Of a DNA stretch of 64,000 nucleotides, positions 19,240-29,130 are shown piece by piece. A model generated the notes under the pieces. That model saw only the letters and a list, made by a program, of their open reading frames with translations. It was not told the origin of the DNA and ran no database searches. The position numbers and the translations under genes are program-made. Numbering within the stretch: the first letter of the stretch is position 1; each line of letters begins with the position of its first letter. The DNA is taken from assembly GCA_959602875.1 (NCBI GenBank), contig CAUGVQ010000001.1, positions 2,378 to 66,377 of the forward strand, given 5' to 3'. Source of the DNA: an uncultured Collinsella sp. Lineage in GTDB: Bacteria > Actinomycetota > Coriobacteriia > Coriobacteriales > Coriobacteriaceae.

Positions 19240-19929
19240 TTACTCGGTCACGGCCTCGTCGATGGCGGGCTGGTCGCTCGCCGTGAGGGTGCCGTCGGCG
19301 TTAAGCACGCCCGACACCACAAGCGCCGTTCCGTCGGTCACGGCCTCGTCCATGCCGCCGTCCCAGATGACGTTGATGGTTGCGCCCTGGCTCTCGAGCG
19401 TGAAGCGGTAGCCCTCGGCGGCGTCGACGGGGAGCACCTCGCCGCGCACGTAGCCGCAGACTTTGGTTGCCTCGCCGGTCATGCTCTCGGCCTGATCAAG
19501 AAGGCCTTTGACGGTGAGGGACCCCTCGGCGCTCTCGTACTTGGAGGGGCACTTGGTGACGAGCTCGGTCGCCGTGAGCGTGTTGTCCGACTCAACCGTG
19601 CCTGTGCAGATGGCGACCACGCCGGTGCCAAAGGTGGCGGGCAGGGCGCCGTCGTAGCGAACGGTGAGGGCCTCCTGGCCGGAGGCGGCGGCCGAGCCCT
19701 CCTCGGGCTGGATCTCAAAGAGCGCGATCGAGCCTTCACTTGTGAGCGAATCCGCCACAACCGAACCCGATACCTGCACCTTCTTGCCACGGTAATCGCC
19801 CGAGACCACGTCCGAGATGGAAAGCGAGCTTGCCGCGCCGCCCGAGCCGGCGATGGCTACGATCACGAGCATCGCCACCACGATGATGCCGCCCACAACC
19901 ACCAGACGGCGTTTTGCTGATCTGTTCAT
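19240..19929 (-). CDS. ccmE: Heme chaperone CcmE, CxxxY variant with a second OB-like domain
   Basis: TM anchor, VQVSGSVV, VRYDGALPATF, TKCPSKY; duplicated domain KVCGYV…VIWDGG…VVSGVL. Confidence 0.85.
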   Translation of the reverse strand: MNRSAKRRLVVVGGIIVVAMLVIVAIAGSGGAASSLSISDVVSGDYRGKKVQVSGSVVADSLTSEGSIALFEIQPEEGSAAASGQEALTVRYDGALPATFGTGVVAICTGTVESDNTLTATELVTKCPSKYESAEGSLTVKGLLDQAESMTGEATKVCGYVRGEVLPVDAAEGYRFTLESQGATINVIWDGGMDEAVTDGTALVVSGVLNADGTLTASDQPAIDEAVTE

Positions 19930-20040
19930 GCGCACTCCATGCGAGAAGCCGGTTTTTCAGGTGTTAAGTATACAATGGGCGCGTGTGCGTGCCGCGTGAA
20001 GCAGCCCGTACGTTGAAATGAACAGGAAATCGGAGGCGCC

Positions 20041-20808
20041 ATGCTTCTTGCTATCGACATGGGCAACACCCAGACCGCTCTTGGCCTGTTTGACGGGGAG
20101 GAACTCGTCCACTCGTGGCGCATGCCCACCGACCGCTCCTTTACCGCCGATGAACTGCACGTTCGTCTGCACGGCTACTTCCATATGTACGGCATGGACC
20201 TCGACGTGGTAGACGCCATGGCGTTTGCCGGCGTGGTGCCGCAGCTCAACCGCGCTTGGCGCCGTGTGGCTGAGCGCCTGGGGGCGCGAACGGTCGTGGT
20301 GGGGCCGGACACCGCCTCGGTCACGCGCGTGCGCGCGAAAAACCCCGCCGAGGTGGGCGCCGACCGTATCGCCAACGCCACGGCGGCGGAGAAGTTCTAC
20401 GGCTCGCCTTCGATTGTGGTCGACTTTGGAACGGCGACGAACATCGACGTAGTTGACGCAGAAGGCTATTACATCGGCGGCGCGATTGCACCAGGACTGC
20501 GCATCTCGATGGATGCCCTCACGGCGCGCGCGGCCAAGCTCTCGAGCGTGCCTTTGGAAGCCCCCGCGCACGCTATTGGCGTTGATACGGTGGAAGCCGT
20601 GCAGTCGGGTGCCGTGCTTGGAACTGCGGCTATGGCAGAAGGACTCGTGGCGCGCATCAAGCGCGAGCTCGAGGCGCCGGACGCGACCGTGATCGCGACG
20701 GGCGGCCTTGCGGTGGTGATTGCTGACTCGACCGATGTGTTCGACGTGGTGGACAGTCAGCTCACGTTGAAGGGCATTTGCGAGATTTTCCGGCGCGTAA
20801 ACGGTTAG
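20041..20808 (+). CDS. coaX: Type III pantothenate kinase
   Basis: AIDMGNT, EVGADR, VVDFGTAT, GGAIAPG, IATGG, LTLKG. Confidence 0.95.
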   Translation: MLLAIDMGNTQTALGLFDGEELVHSWRMPTDRSFTADELHVRLHGYFHMYGMDLDVVDAMAFAGVVPQLNRAWRRVAERLGARTVVVGPDTASVTRVRAKNPAEVGADRIANATAAEKFYGSPSIVVDFGTATNIDVVDAEGYYIGGAIAPGLRISMDALTARAAKLSSVPLEAPAHAIGVDTVEAVQSGAVLGTAAMAEGLVARIKRELEAPDATVIATGGLAVVIADSTDVFDVVDSQLTLKGICEIFRRVNG

Positions 20809-20810
20809 TG

Positions 20811-21017
20811 TGGTCACAGACCCCCGCAGAATAATAAAAGACCCCCTATGCGTGGCGCCATTGAGGCGCCTCATGCTTCACGACAAGCCAGATTTTGCAA
20901 CGAGAAGCGTGAAATCGGCTCGTTCTGGGCGCGAAAACACCGAAATGAGCGCGCCGGAACCGGCGCGCCCATCTGTTTGCAGGGGGTTGTTTATTATTCT
21001 GCGGGGGTCTTTGACCA
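20811..21017. repeat. MITE-like element, copy 1 (37-bp terminal inverted repeats)
   Basis: TGGTCACAGACCCCCGCAGAATAATAAAAGACCCCCT ... AGGGGGTTGTTTATTATTCTGCGGGGGTCTTTGACCA. Confidence 0.85.
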
Positions 21018-21047
21018 TCGCCGGACGTCGCGAGCCCAACGGAGCGG

Positions 21048-21971
21048 TTACACCTCGCGGAGACTCACGACTTCGGCCGAGAACGCCTTGGTCTCTCCGG
21101 TGCCGAGCTTCACCTCAGCGCGGCCCCACGCGTCGATGCCCGTAAAGTAGCCAACGGCAAGGGTGCTGCCGTTCTGCGCGACCACGCTAACAGGTTTGCC
21201 CAGCATAGGCAGGTTGTCGACATAGGACGAGAGGATGGGGGCCATGGGGCCGGCGGCGCCAAGACCGGCGGCGATAGCGCGCTGCCAGCGCGCCACACGT
21301 GCGAGCACTGCCTCACGAACCGCCTCAGCGAGGTCTTCGCACGTGGGAAGGGCCCTGCCCTCGGGGAGTGCCTCGGCGAGCGAGATGGGATCGAGACGCG
21401 GCACGTTGTTGGCGCCCGTCGCCTCTGCCTGCTGCCGGCGCACCGATGCGACTGCGTCAATTGCCGCTTGGACCTCAGGCGATGCCGGAGGAGCGTCAAC
21501 CGGAGAGATGATATTCACGCCAATGCCCGCAACGGCAAAGGCACCCATATCTGAGGAGCGGGCCTCGACGAGGATACCTACGAGCTTGCGATTGAACTGG
21601 GAGCTGTGCGGGGTGGGGATCTCACGCGGAACCGAAACGATGTCGTTGGGCCACTTCACGCCCACGCGCCCCTGGAGTCCCAGCCCCTCGAGCGCGTCGA
21701 GCACGCCCAGGCTCGTCACGGCAGGAAGACCCATAAGCATCTGCATAGGGACCTGCGGGCGCAACACAATGGAGAGATAGAGGCTGCCATTGGGCGAGGT
21801 CCACGAGTGCCCGCGGCGGCCGCGGCCTGCCGTCTGGACCGATGCGCGCACCGCCCAGCCGTGCTCGGCGCCCGCGCGGCCAGCATCAACGGCGATGTCG
21901 TTGGTCGAGGGGACGGTATCGAGAACAAGCATCGTCGAGCTCGAAAGATCGACGGAAGTCAGGTCGGTCAT
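21048..21971 (-). CDS. birA: Biotin-protein ligase (no HTH)
   Basis: VPSTND, QTAGRGRRGHSW, KWPND, KLVGILVE, GIGVN. Confidence 0.92.
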   Translation of the reverse strand: MTDLTSVDLSSSTMLVLDTVPSTNDIAVDAGRAGAEHGWAVRASVQTAGRGRRGHSWTSPNGSLYLSIVLRPQVPMQMLMGLPAVTSLGVLDALEGLGLQGRVGVKWPNDIVSVPREIPTPHSSQFNRKLVGILVEARSSDMGAFAVAGIGVNIISPVDAPPASPEVQAAIDAVASVRRQQAEATGANNVPRLDPISLAEALPEGRALPTCEDLAEAVREAVLARVARWQRAIAAGLGAAGPMAPILSSYVDNLPMLGKPVSVVAQNGSTLAVGYFTGIDAWGRAEVKLGTGETKAFSAEVVSLREV

Positions 21972-22186
21972 AGGACACCTCGTTTCGCGCGCAAGGGCGA
22001 CGCGCCGGCGGCACGTTCACACGTATGGTTATGAATACCGCTTTGACGCGCGCGGCAGTGCCGCCAGCGGGGATTCGTCGGCAAACGGCCCGCAGAAATC
22101 GGTCTGCGACGGCAAGAGCCCTTTCGCTTCTGCGGGAATGGGGCCTCTCCGGACGTGCGGCCGAGGTCACCGCGAGTTCCGCACGC

Positions 22187-22211
22187 AAAGGAGGCCCCAG
22201 TGGGGCCTCCG
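22187..22211 (-). terminator. Terminator after folP-folK
   Basis: GGAGGCCCCA-C-TGGGGCCTCC followed by TTT on the minus strand. Confidence 0.55.
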
Positions 22212-22266
22212 TCTTGCGCAGGACTGTCCGAAGCGGTGGGCTCGGCCGCGCGCCCGGAGAGGGACC

Positions 22267-24066
22267 CTACAGCACGCCGAGTTCGCGCACGACGTGGCCG
22301 ACGCGCTCCTCGGGGTCCTTCACCTCAATACCCTCGTAGCGGAAGAAGCGGGCCGGGTCGTGCACCAGGTCCTCAAGCGGCACGAGCACAAAGTCGCGCT
22401 CGCCAAGGCGCGGGTGCGGCAGGCGCAGCTTGTCGCCGCCGTGAACCTCGCCCTCCATCCAGAGCAGGTCGCAGTCAATCACACGCGGGCCGTTGGCGCG
22501 GGCGCTCGGGGTGCGGTTGCGGCCGAGGCGGTTCTCGATAGCCATAAGCTCATCGAGCAGCACCAGCGGCGAGAGCTCGGTGCGGATCTCCACCACCGCG
22601 TTGGCAAAGGGGTCCTGGCGCTTCACGTAAGCAGGCTCGCTCTCGTAGATGTGCGAAGAGTTGAACACGCAGGTGAGCGGGATCTCGGCGATGAGGTCGC
22701 GCGCGGCGCGGATGTTGTCGAGGCGGCGCCCCATGTTGGAGCCGAGCGCCACAAACGCGCGGCGCGGCTGCGGATGGGCAACCGCCCAGTACCCGCGCAA
22801 GAACTGCGCGCAACCGGCGACGTCGTGCACGCGTACGATGTTGGCGCCGTTCTCGATTGCGCCAAGGCACATGCCAAAGGTCGCGGCATCGCGCGCGGCG
22901 GGATCCTTGACACCCGCCACCGCGCCGACCACGCGCTTGCGCGACACCGCGCACATGAGCGGGTAGCCGAGCGTGACCATCTTGGCGGTCTCGCGCTGGA
23001 TCACAATGTCCTCGTTGGCGGACTTGCCAAAGCCCGCGCCCGGGTCGATGCAGATGCGCTCGCGCGCTACGCCCGCCTGTACGAGCGAGCGCGCCTGGTC
23101 AGACAGAAACCCCATGACGCGGCGCATGATGGGTGCCGAGTCCGGCAGCGTGAAGCGGCTCTGGCGCACCCGGTCAGCGGCCGAGGTACCGCGGCGCTCA
23201 GCCGCTCGCGCCATGATGGCGGCGAGCTCGTCGCTCGTGGGGACAGTATCGCCCGTAGCGGCGCGGGTACGGTCGCGGGGGTCCTCCGCGCCGGGAACCT
23301 TCTCGGTGGAGACGGCCGTATCTGCCGCGGTAGCCGCGGCAACGGTGCGCACCGCCTCGTCGACGACCTCGTCGGCCGCGGGCGCAGAGCCTGCCGCGGA
23401 GCCGTTAGGCACGTCGCCAAAGGGGAGCCGCTGCTGCACGGCGCCGCCCTTCAAGCGCGGTTCGCTAAGCGCCTTGCCTCCACGCGGACGGCCCAGACGC
23501 CCCACGGGTGCGGGCTTGCCCTCGGCCTCGGCGCGGGCGCGCTCGGCCTCGCGCTCCGCCATGTAGGCGGCGGCCGAGGTGTCAAGCGTGACCGCAGTGT
23601 GCGGAGCGCGCTCGGGCTCGGTAAGCTCGCCGGCGTGCATAACCACCACGCCGCAGGTGTTGTTGGCAACAAACTCGACCATCTTGGGGTCGGTGAACCC
23701 TGTGACGTCATTCACAATGGAGGCGCCCATGCGCACGGCCGCCTTGGCGACCTCCACATGGCGCGTGTCGATGGACACGATCGCGCCCTTGGCCACAAGC
23801 GCGCGGACCACGGGCAGCACGCGGCGCGCCTCCTCGTCGGCGGTTACCGGCGTAAAGCCGGGGCGCGTGGACTCGCCGCCCACATCGATGATGTCGGCCC
23901 CCTCGTCGAGCATCGCGAGACCGCGGGCGATGGCAGCGTCCTGGTCAAAGTTCTCGCCCCCGTCGCTAAACGAGTCGGGCGTGACGTTCAAGATGCCCAT
24001 GATGCGTGGGCGATCGAACGTGAGCGTGTGCTTGCCGCAATGCCAAGTTTTGGTTTCACGAGCCAT
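22267..24066 (-). CDS. folP: Dihydropteroate synthase-HPPK fusion (FolP-FolK) with a long internal low-complexity insertion
   Basis: MGILNVTPDSFSDGG, DVGGESTRPG, IDPGAGFGK, SRK, VRVHDV; then ALGSNMG, GPRVIDCDLL, LPHPRL.ERDFVLVPL. Confidence 0.92.
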   Translation of the reverse strand: MARETKTWHCGKHTLTFDRPRIMGILNVTPDSFSDGGENFDQDAAIARGLAMLDEGADIIDVGGESTRPGFTPVTADEEARRVLPVVRALVAKGAIVSIDTRHVEVAKAAVRMGASIVNDVTGFTDPKMVEFVANNTCGVVVMHAGELTEPERAPHTAVTLDTSAAAYMAEREAERARAEAEGKPAPVGRLGRPRGGKALSEPRLKGGAVQQRLPFGDVPNGSAAGSAPAADEVVDEAVRTVAAATAADTAVSTEKVPGAEDPRDRTRAATGDTVPTSDELAAIMARAAERRGTSAADRVRQSRFTLPDSAPIMRRVMGFLSDQARSLVQAGVARERICIDPGAGFGKSANEDIVIQRETAKMVTLGYPLMCAVSRKRVVGAVAGVKDPAARDAATFGMCLGAIENGANIVRVHDVAGCAQFLRGYWAVAHPQPRRAFVALGSNMGRRLDNIRAARDLIAEIPLTCVFNSSHIYESEPAYVKRQDPFANAVVEIRTELSPLVLLDELMAIENRLGRNRTPSARANGPRVIDCDLLWMEGEVHGGDKLRLPHPRLGERDFVLVPLEDLVHDPARFFRYEGIEVKDPEERVGHVVRELGVL

Positions 24067-24247
24067 GCGAATCCCTAACTCCTCGTCTCGGGCGGGTGCG
24101 TCAGACGGTTCAAGTCATCCTCCCTATTGTATCCAGTCGCCGCGCGAGCGACCGCATATGCCGCGCGTCCTCAGCGAAAAGCTACGGGCAGCGCCGCGCA
24201 CGGGCCGCGGGCGCGTGCTACAATCGGCGGTGCATCTATATATGGCC

Positions 24248-24415
24248 TGATGGATGGTGCGGAGACGCACGGGCGCGGTATCACCGCCGCCCAGGGGAAC
24301 GGGGTGCGATACCCCGGCTGTACCAGCAACCGTGAGTCCTGTGGCCGCGAGTCCGCCTTCGCAGATCGGGCGGGGGCGCGCGGTCGAGGGGACGAGCCGG
24401 ATCGCCTCTCCATCA
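24248..24415 (+). ncRNA. Cobalamin riboswitch
   Basis: GGT…GGGAACGGGGTGCGATACCCCGGCTGTACCAGCAACCGTGA…GAGCCGGATCGCCT (B12-box-like); closing TGATGGA/TCCATCA stem; extended -10 TGCTACAAT at 24216-24224; precedes an ECF transporter. Confidence 0.85.
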
Positions 24416-24448
24416 ACGGTAAGGCCCTGGAGAGAAAGGTATCCCCTT

Positions 24449-24925
24449 ATGAAAGACATCCGTATGATCGCCAAGCCGGTGCGCGCCCTTGCGGCAAGCG
24501 CGGTGCTGGTCCTCGCGCTGGCCGTGGGCGGCTGCACGCAGACCGTCGCACCCGCCACGGGCTCCGACGCCGGCAGCGCCGCAGTCCAGGCGGGCTCGGC
24601 TGCCGCCACTGCCGACGACGCTCAGATCACCGTCCAGGTGACGGTCGACTCCAGCGCGGCCGACGGCAGCGTGAGCTTCGACGGCACGGTCGAGCTTGCC
24701 GAGGACGCCACGGTGCTCGACGCCCTTAAGGCCACGGGCCTTACGCTCGACGTTCAGGACTCCGAGTACGGCGCCTTTGTGAACGCCATCGACGGTCTTG
24801 CCACCGGTGCCTTTGGCGATGCGAGCGGCTGGGGCTACGACATCAACGGCGAGATGGTTATGGACTCTGCCGACGTCGCGACCGTTGCCGACGGCGACGT
24901 GGTGGCCTGGACCTACCTGGTCTAG
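24449..24925 (+). CDS. DUF4430 (transcobalamin-like) lipoprotein, probable B12-binding protein
   Basis: VGGC lipobox, TVLDALK, YGAFVNAIDG, SGWGYDING. Confidence 0.8.
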   Translation: MKDIRMIAKPVRALAASAVLVLALAVGGCTQTVAPATGSDAGSAAVQAGSAAATADDAQITVQVTVDSSAADGSVSFDGTVELAEDATVLDALKATGLTLDVQDSEYGAFVNAIDGLATGAFGDASGWGYDINGEMVMDSADVATVADGDVVAWTYLV

Positions 24926-25797
24926 TGCGCGCCTCGCAGCACAATCCCTTTGCCCTGCGGCATCCGGCGGTGGCGTTCACGTACCTGGTGAGCGCCGCCG
25001 CTTTTGCCATGGCGGCGGCACACCCCGTCTACGCGACGCTCGCGCTCGCGGGCTCGGCCGCATGCGCGTGCTGCACGCGCGGGTGGCGCGCGGTCGCGTC
25101 GGGCGTGCCCGTGCTCGTCGGCGTGATAGCCGTCGTCGCCCTCGCTAACGCGCTGTTTGTGCCCGAGGGCGCTACGCCTCTGCTTTACGTGGGCGAGCGA
25201 CCCGTCACGCTCGAGGCCCTTGGCTACGGGCTGTGCTCGGGCACCATGCTCGCCGCTGTGTTTTTGTGGTTCTCGAGCTACGCCGCCTGCATGGACAGTG
25301 CCGCCACCGCGTCGGTGCTGGGGCGTGTGACCCCCACCATTGCGCTTATGGTCTCGCAGGTGATGCGCCTTGTTCCGCAGTTTGCCGCGCGCGGGCGCAC
25401 CATTCTTGCCACGGAGCGCGCCACGAGTGCCGCAGCACCGCGCACCGCACGCGAACGCGCCACCGGGAACCTGCGCACCGTATCGGTCCTCATGGGCTGG
25501 GGGCTCGAGGACAGCCTCACCAGAAGCGACTCCATGCGCGCCCGCGGCTGGGGCTGCGGCGTGCGGCGGACCTCGTACCGGCAGGACCGCCTTGGCCGCG
25601 CCGACATCGCGCTGCTGGCGATTGTGGCGGTGCTCGTGGCGGTAAATATCCCGCTCGCGGCCGTGGCATGCAGCCAGTTCTCGTTCTACCCCACCCCGCC
25701 GCAGCTCCTTGCGTGGTGGGGATACGTGCCCTACGCAGCCCTTATGCTCGTAGCGCCCACGCTGTATCTGGGGGAGGTGATCCGGTGGAGAAGCTAG
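24925..25797 (+). CDS. ECF transporter T component
   Basis: HPAVAFTY, GATPL, TLEALGYG, MRLVPQF, DSMRARGWG. Confidence 0.85.
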   Translation: MRASQHNPFALRHPAVAFTYLVSAAAFAMAAAHPVYATLALAGSAACACCTRGWRAVASGVPVLVGVIAVVALANALFVPEGATPLLYVGERPVTLEALGYGLCSGTMLAAVFLWFSSYAACMDSAATASVLGRVTPTIALMVSQVMRLVPQFAARGRTILATERATSAAAPRTARERATGNLRTVSVLMGWGLEDSLTRSDSMRARGWGCGVRRTSYRQDRLGRADIALLAIVAVLVAVNIPLAAVACSQFSFYPTPPQLLAWWGYVPYAALMLVAPTLYLGEVIRWRS

Positions 25798-28226
25798 ACG
25801 AGCGGACCGCCCCCGCCCTCCGCATCGCGGACTACACCTTTGCCTATCCGGGCGGCGAGCCCGTTCTCGACCACATCTCGCTCGAGGTGGCCGAAGGCGC
25901 GTTTTGCGTGGTCGTGGGCCCCACGGGCTGCGGCAAGACCACGCTTCTGCGCGCCCTCAAGCCCGAGCTCACCCGGGCGGGCTCGCACGCCGGCACCATC
26001 GAGGTGCTCGGCCACACGCTCGTGCGCAACGGGCGTGTGACCGGCGAGCTCCCACCCGAGCGCTCCGCGCGCGAGATTGGCTTCGTAGCGCAGGACCCCG
26101 CCGCACAAATTGTGTGCGACACGGTCTGGCACGAGCTTGCCTTTGGGCTCGAGAACATCGGCACCCCCGTGCCCGAGATGCGCCGGCGCATTGCCGAGGT
26201 CGCGCACTTCTTTGGCATCGAGGCGCTCATGCACGCCGCATGCGAAGAGCTCTCGGGCGGCCAGCAGCAGCTCGTAAACCTCGCGGCGGTGCTCGCCCTG
26301 CGTCCGCGCCTCATCGTGCTCGACGAGCCCACCGCGCAACTCGACCCCCACGCGCGCCGCCAGTTCCTCTACCTGCTTGGACGCGTGCAGCGCGAGCTCG
26401 GCATCACGGTCATCCTCTCCACGCACGCGCCCGAGGAGACCGAGACCCTCGCCACTCAGACGCTCGCCATGGGCACGCTCTCCCCTCTCGTCCGCCGTGA
26501 GGATGCCGAGCGCCTGCTCGAACCCTGGCGCCGCACGCGCGAGTGCGCTCTTGCATCCGCCGAAACCGTTGTGACCGCGCGCGACCTCCACGTCCGTTAC
26601 CGACGCGAGAACCCGTGGGTGCTCCGCGGCGTCGACCTCGCCATCCGCCGCGGGTCCGTCCACCTGATCGTGGGCGGCAACGGCTGCGGCAAGTCAACGC
26701 TTCTGGCCACGCTCGCCGGTGTGCGCACGCCCCAGCAGGGCAGCATCGACAACGCGCTCGCCAGTCGCCAGGCGCTTCTCCCCCAGGACCCCAAGGCGCT
26801 CTTTGTGTGCGACACCGTCGCGGAGGAGTTGGCCGAGTGGCGCGACCGCTGCGGCTACACCGCAGATGAGGAGCGCGCCCTCGTAGCGCGCCTGGGCCTA
26901 AACGGGCTCGAAGGCGCCTCCCCGCTCGACCTCTCCGGCGGTCAACAGCAAAAGCTTGCCCTCGCAAAGCTCCTGCTCACCAAGCCCGAACTCCTCTTTT
27001 TGGACGAGCCCACCAAAGGCCTTGACCCTGCGAGCGCTGCCGAGTGCGCCGAGATGCTGCACGAGCTTGCCGATACGGGCTGCGCCATCGTCGGCGTGAC
27101 GCACGACCTCGACTTTGCCTGCGCGGTGGCAGACGAGGTCTCGATGCTCTTTGACGGCGAGATTGCCTGCACCGAGCCCGCCCGGGCGTTTTTTGCGCAC
27201 AACCTCATCTACCGTCCGCACGATGCGTCGCGCTTCTTTGGCGCCCTGCTGGAGCGCATGGGCGAGGGACGAGCAGGCGGCTCGGAGCCCACCGGCGCAG
27301 CAGCCACGGGCGCAAGCGCGCGCACCGCCGCCGACGTGGACACGATCACAAGCGCAGGCACGGGCGCAGGCACGAACACGAGCACAGGCGAGCGCATCGC
27401 CGCGCGCCGCGCCAACCGCGCCGACGAGGCTGTGGCAGCGCCCAACAGCGACCCGCGTAAGACCACGACCCACCGCGCACGCGGCGTGGTGGAGGCCGTT
27501 GCGCTTGCCGCGGTGCCCGCTGTGCTCGCCATCACCACGCTTGCAGGAATCCGCCAGACCGCGATCCTGTCGTTTGCCGTGGTCATCGCCGCCCTCGGCA
27601 TCTTCTTCGCAAGCTTTGAAACCAGCAGCGCGCGCCTGCGCGAGCTTATGCCCACCGTCGTGCTCGCCGCGCTTGCGGCGGCGGGACGCATCGTCTTTGC
27701 CGCGGTTCCGAGCATGAAGCCGGTGAGCGCCATCGCCATCATCGCCGGCGTCATGCTCGGCAGGCGCAGTGGCTTTATGGTGGGGGCGCTCGCCGCGCTC
27801 GCCTCCAACTTCTTCTTTGGCCAGGGCCCGTGGACCCCCTGGCAGATGTACGCCTGGGGTCTTGTGGGCTGGGGTGCCGGCGCCCTCGCGCAAACGGGCG
27901 TCTTTGGCGTGCGACCGGGCGCTACCGGCAACTGCTCGGCCGGCCCGGGCGCCACCGCCAGTCCCACCGCGCGGCGGCGCCTAGTGGGTACCGCAAGTCT
28001 TCTTGCCTATGGGTTTATCGCCTCGGTCGCGTACGGGTGGATTCTCAACGCGTGGACGGTGCTCGGCTTTTTGCATGCACACACCACGTTTCAGGTGCTT
28101 GCCGTCTACGCGGCGTCGCTTCCCTTCGACATCGCCCACGGCGTTGCAACCGTCGGCTTTCTGCTTGCGCTCTGGGCGCCGTGGCAGCGCAAGCTCGCGC
28201 GCGTGCTCAAATCCTACGCGGCGTAG
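25785..28226 (+). CDS. Fused ECF dual ATPase + CbrT-like S component
   Basis: GPTGCGKT/LSGGQ/LDEPT twice, Ala/Thr linker, then LAALAAAGR..FAAVPSMKPV and SNFFFGQGPWTPWQM; GGAGGTGA RBS. Confidence 0.88.
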   Translation: MEKLDERTAPALRIADYTFAYPGGEPVLDHISLEVAEGAFCVVVGPTGCGKTTLLRALKPELTRAGSHAGTIEVLGHTLVRNGRVTGELPPERSAREIGFVAQDPAAQIVCDTVWHELAFGLENIGTPVPEMRRRIAEVAHFFGIEALMHAACEELSGGQQQLVNLAAVLALRPRLIVLDEPTAQLDPHARRQFLYLLGRVQRELGITVILSTHAPEETETLATQTLAMGTLSPLVRREDAERLLEPWRRTRECALASAETVVTARDLHVRYRRENPWVLRGVDLAIRRGSVHLIVGGNGCGKSTLLATLAGVRTPQQGSIDNALASRQALLPQDPKALFVCDTVAEELAEWRDRCGYTADEERALVARLGLNGLEGASPLDLSGGQQQKLALAKLLLTKPELLFLDEPTKGLDPASAAECAEMLHELADTGCAIVGVTHDLDFACAVADEVSMLFDGEIACTEPARAFFAHNLIYRPHDASRFFGALLERMGEGRAGGSEPTGAAATGASARTAADVDTITSAGTGAGTNTSTGERIAARRANRADEAVAAPNSDPRKTTTHRARGVVEAVALAAVPAVLAITTLAGIRQTAILSFAVVIAALGIFFASFETSSARLRELMPTVVLAALAAAGRIVFAAVPSMKPVSAIAIIAGVMLGRRSGFMVGALAALASNFFFGQGPWTPWQMYAWGLVGWGAGALAQTGVFGVRPGATGNCSAGPGATASPTARRRLVGTASLLAYGFIASVAYGWILNAWTVLGFLHAHTTFQVLAVYAASLPFDIAHGVATVGFLLALWAPWQRKLARVLKSYAA

Positions 28227-28300
28227 GAGCGCACCGGGGCCGGCAGCGCCGTGGCTCACCGGCAACGCCGCGCCGCGGGCACCAGCCGGCCCCTCGCCAC

Positions 28301-29053
28301 CTAAAAGTCGAACGCCTCGGCAATATCACAGCTAATCAGTACATCCGCCAAAGAATCCTGCGGTGTGGGATCGCGGTTCACAATCACCAGCGTATCGCCA
28401 CCAAAGTAGCGGATTAGGCCCGCCGCGGGGTAGACCACAAGCGACGTTCCGCCCACCACAAGCAAATCGGCCGAGGCAATCGCCGCAAGCGCGCCCTCGA
28501 CCACCCGGTCATCAAGCGCCTCGCCGTAGAGCACCACATCCGGCTTGATGGGTCCGCCACAAACAGGGCAGACGGGTATGTGGCGCGGATCCTCGCGCCC
28601 GTCCTCGAGCACCCACGCGGCATCTTGAACGGCCCCGCAACGTGCGCAGATATTACGATGCACCGAGCCGTGGAGCTCCCACACCTGCTTGCTTCCCGCC
28701 GCTTGGTGCAAGCCGTCGATGTTTTGCGTCACCACCGCGCCGAGCACGCCCGCGCGCTCGAGCTCCGCCAGCTTGGTGTGACAGCGGTTGGGACGAGCGT
28801 CCAGGGCGATCATCTTCTGCCGATAGAACTCAAAGAACTCGCCCGTGTGCGTCTCGTAAAACTCATGGCTGAGCATGGTCTCGGGCGGGTAGGCAAACCG
28901 CTGGTGGTACAGGCCGTCCACGCTTCTAAAGTCGGGGATGCCGCTTGCGGTGGACACGCCCGCGCCGCCAAAAAAGACCGCGCGGCGGTGCCCGTCAAAC
29001 AGCCCGCGCAACCGCGCCTGCGCCTCAGCCGAATCCGTGATGTTTGCCCTCAT
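28301..29053 (-). CDS. cobB: NAD-dependent protein deacylase (Sir2/CobB)
   Basis: GGAGVSTASGIPDFRS, VTQNIDGLH, ELHGS, two CxxC, GGTSLVVYPAA. Confidence 0.93.
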   Translation of the reverse strand: MRANITDSAEAQARLRGLFDGHRRAVFFGGAGVSTASGIPDFRSVDGLYHQRFAYPPETMLSHEFYETHTGEFFEFYRQKMIALDARPNRCHTKLAELERAGVLGAVVTQNIDGLHQAAGSKQVWELHGSVHRNICARCGAVQDAAWVLEDGREDPRHIPVCPVCGGPIKPDVVLYGEALDDRVVEGALAAIASADLLVVGGTSLVVYPAAGLIRYFGGDTLVIVNRDPTPQDSLADVLISCDIAEAFDF

Positions 29054-29130
29054 ATCGTTGCCTCCTCGCCCGAACATGCCCGCTATCGGATACGATAACG
29101 CGCGAGACCCTTCGACTTCAGGAGTTTCTG

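Noticed and set aside
22068..22125. GGCAAAC…GAAA…GACGGCAAGAGC resembles a c-di-GMP-I riboswitch
   Set aside because: It is on the strand opposite birA with no downstream gene, the motif is imperfect and there is no second stem.
28301..29053. Sir2 protein as an anti-phage NADase
   Set aside because: Canonical Zn-binding CobB deacylase motifs in a housekeeping context with host-like GC.
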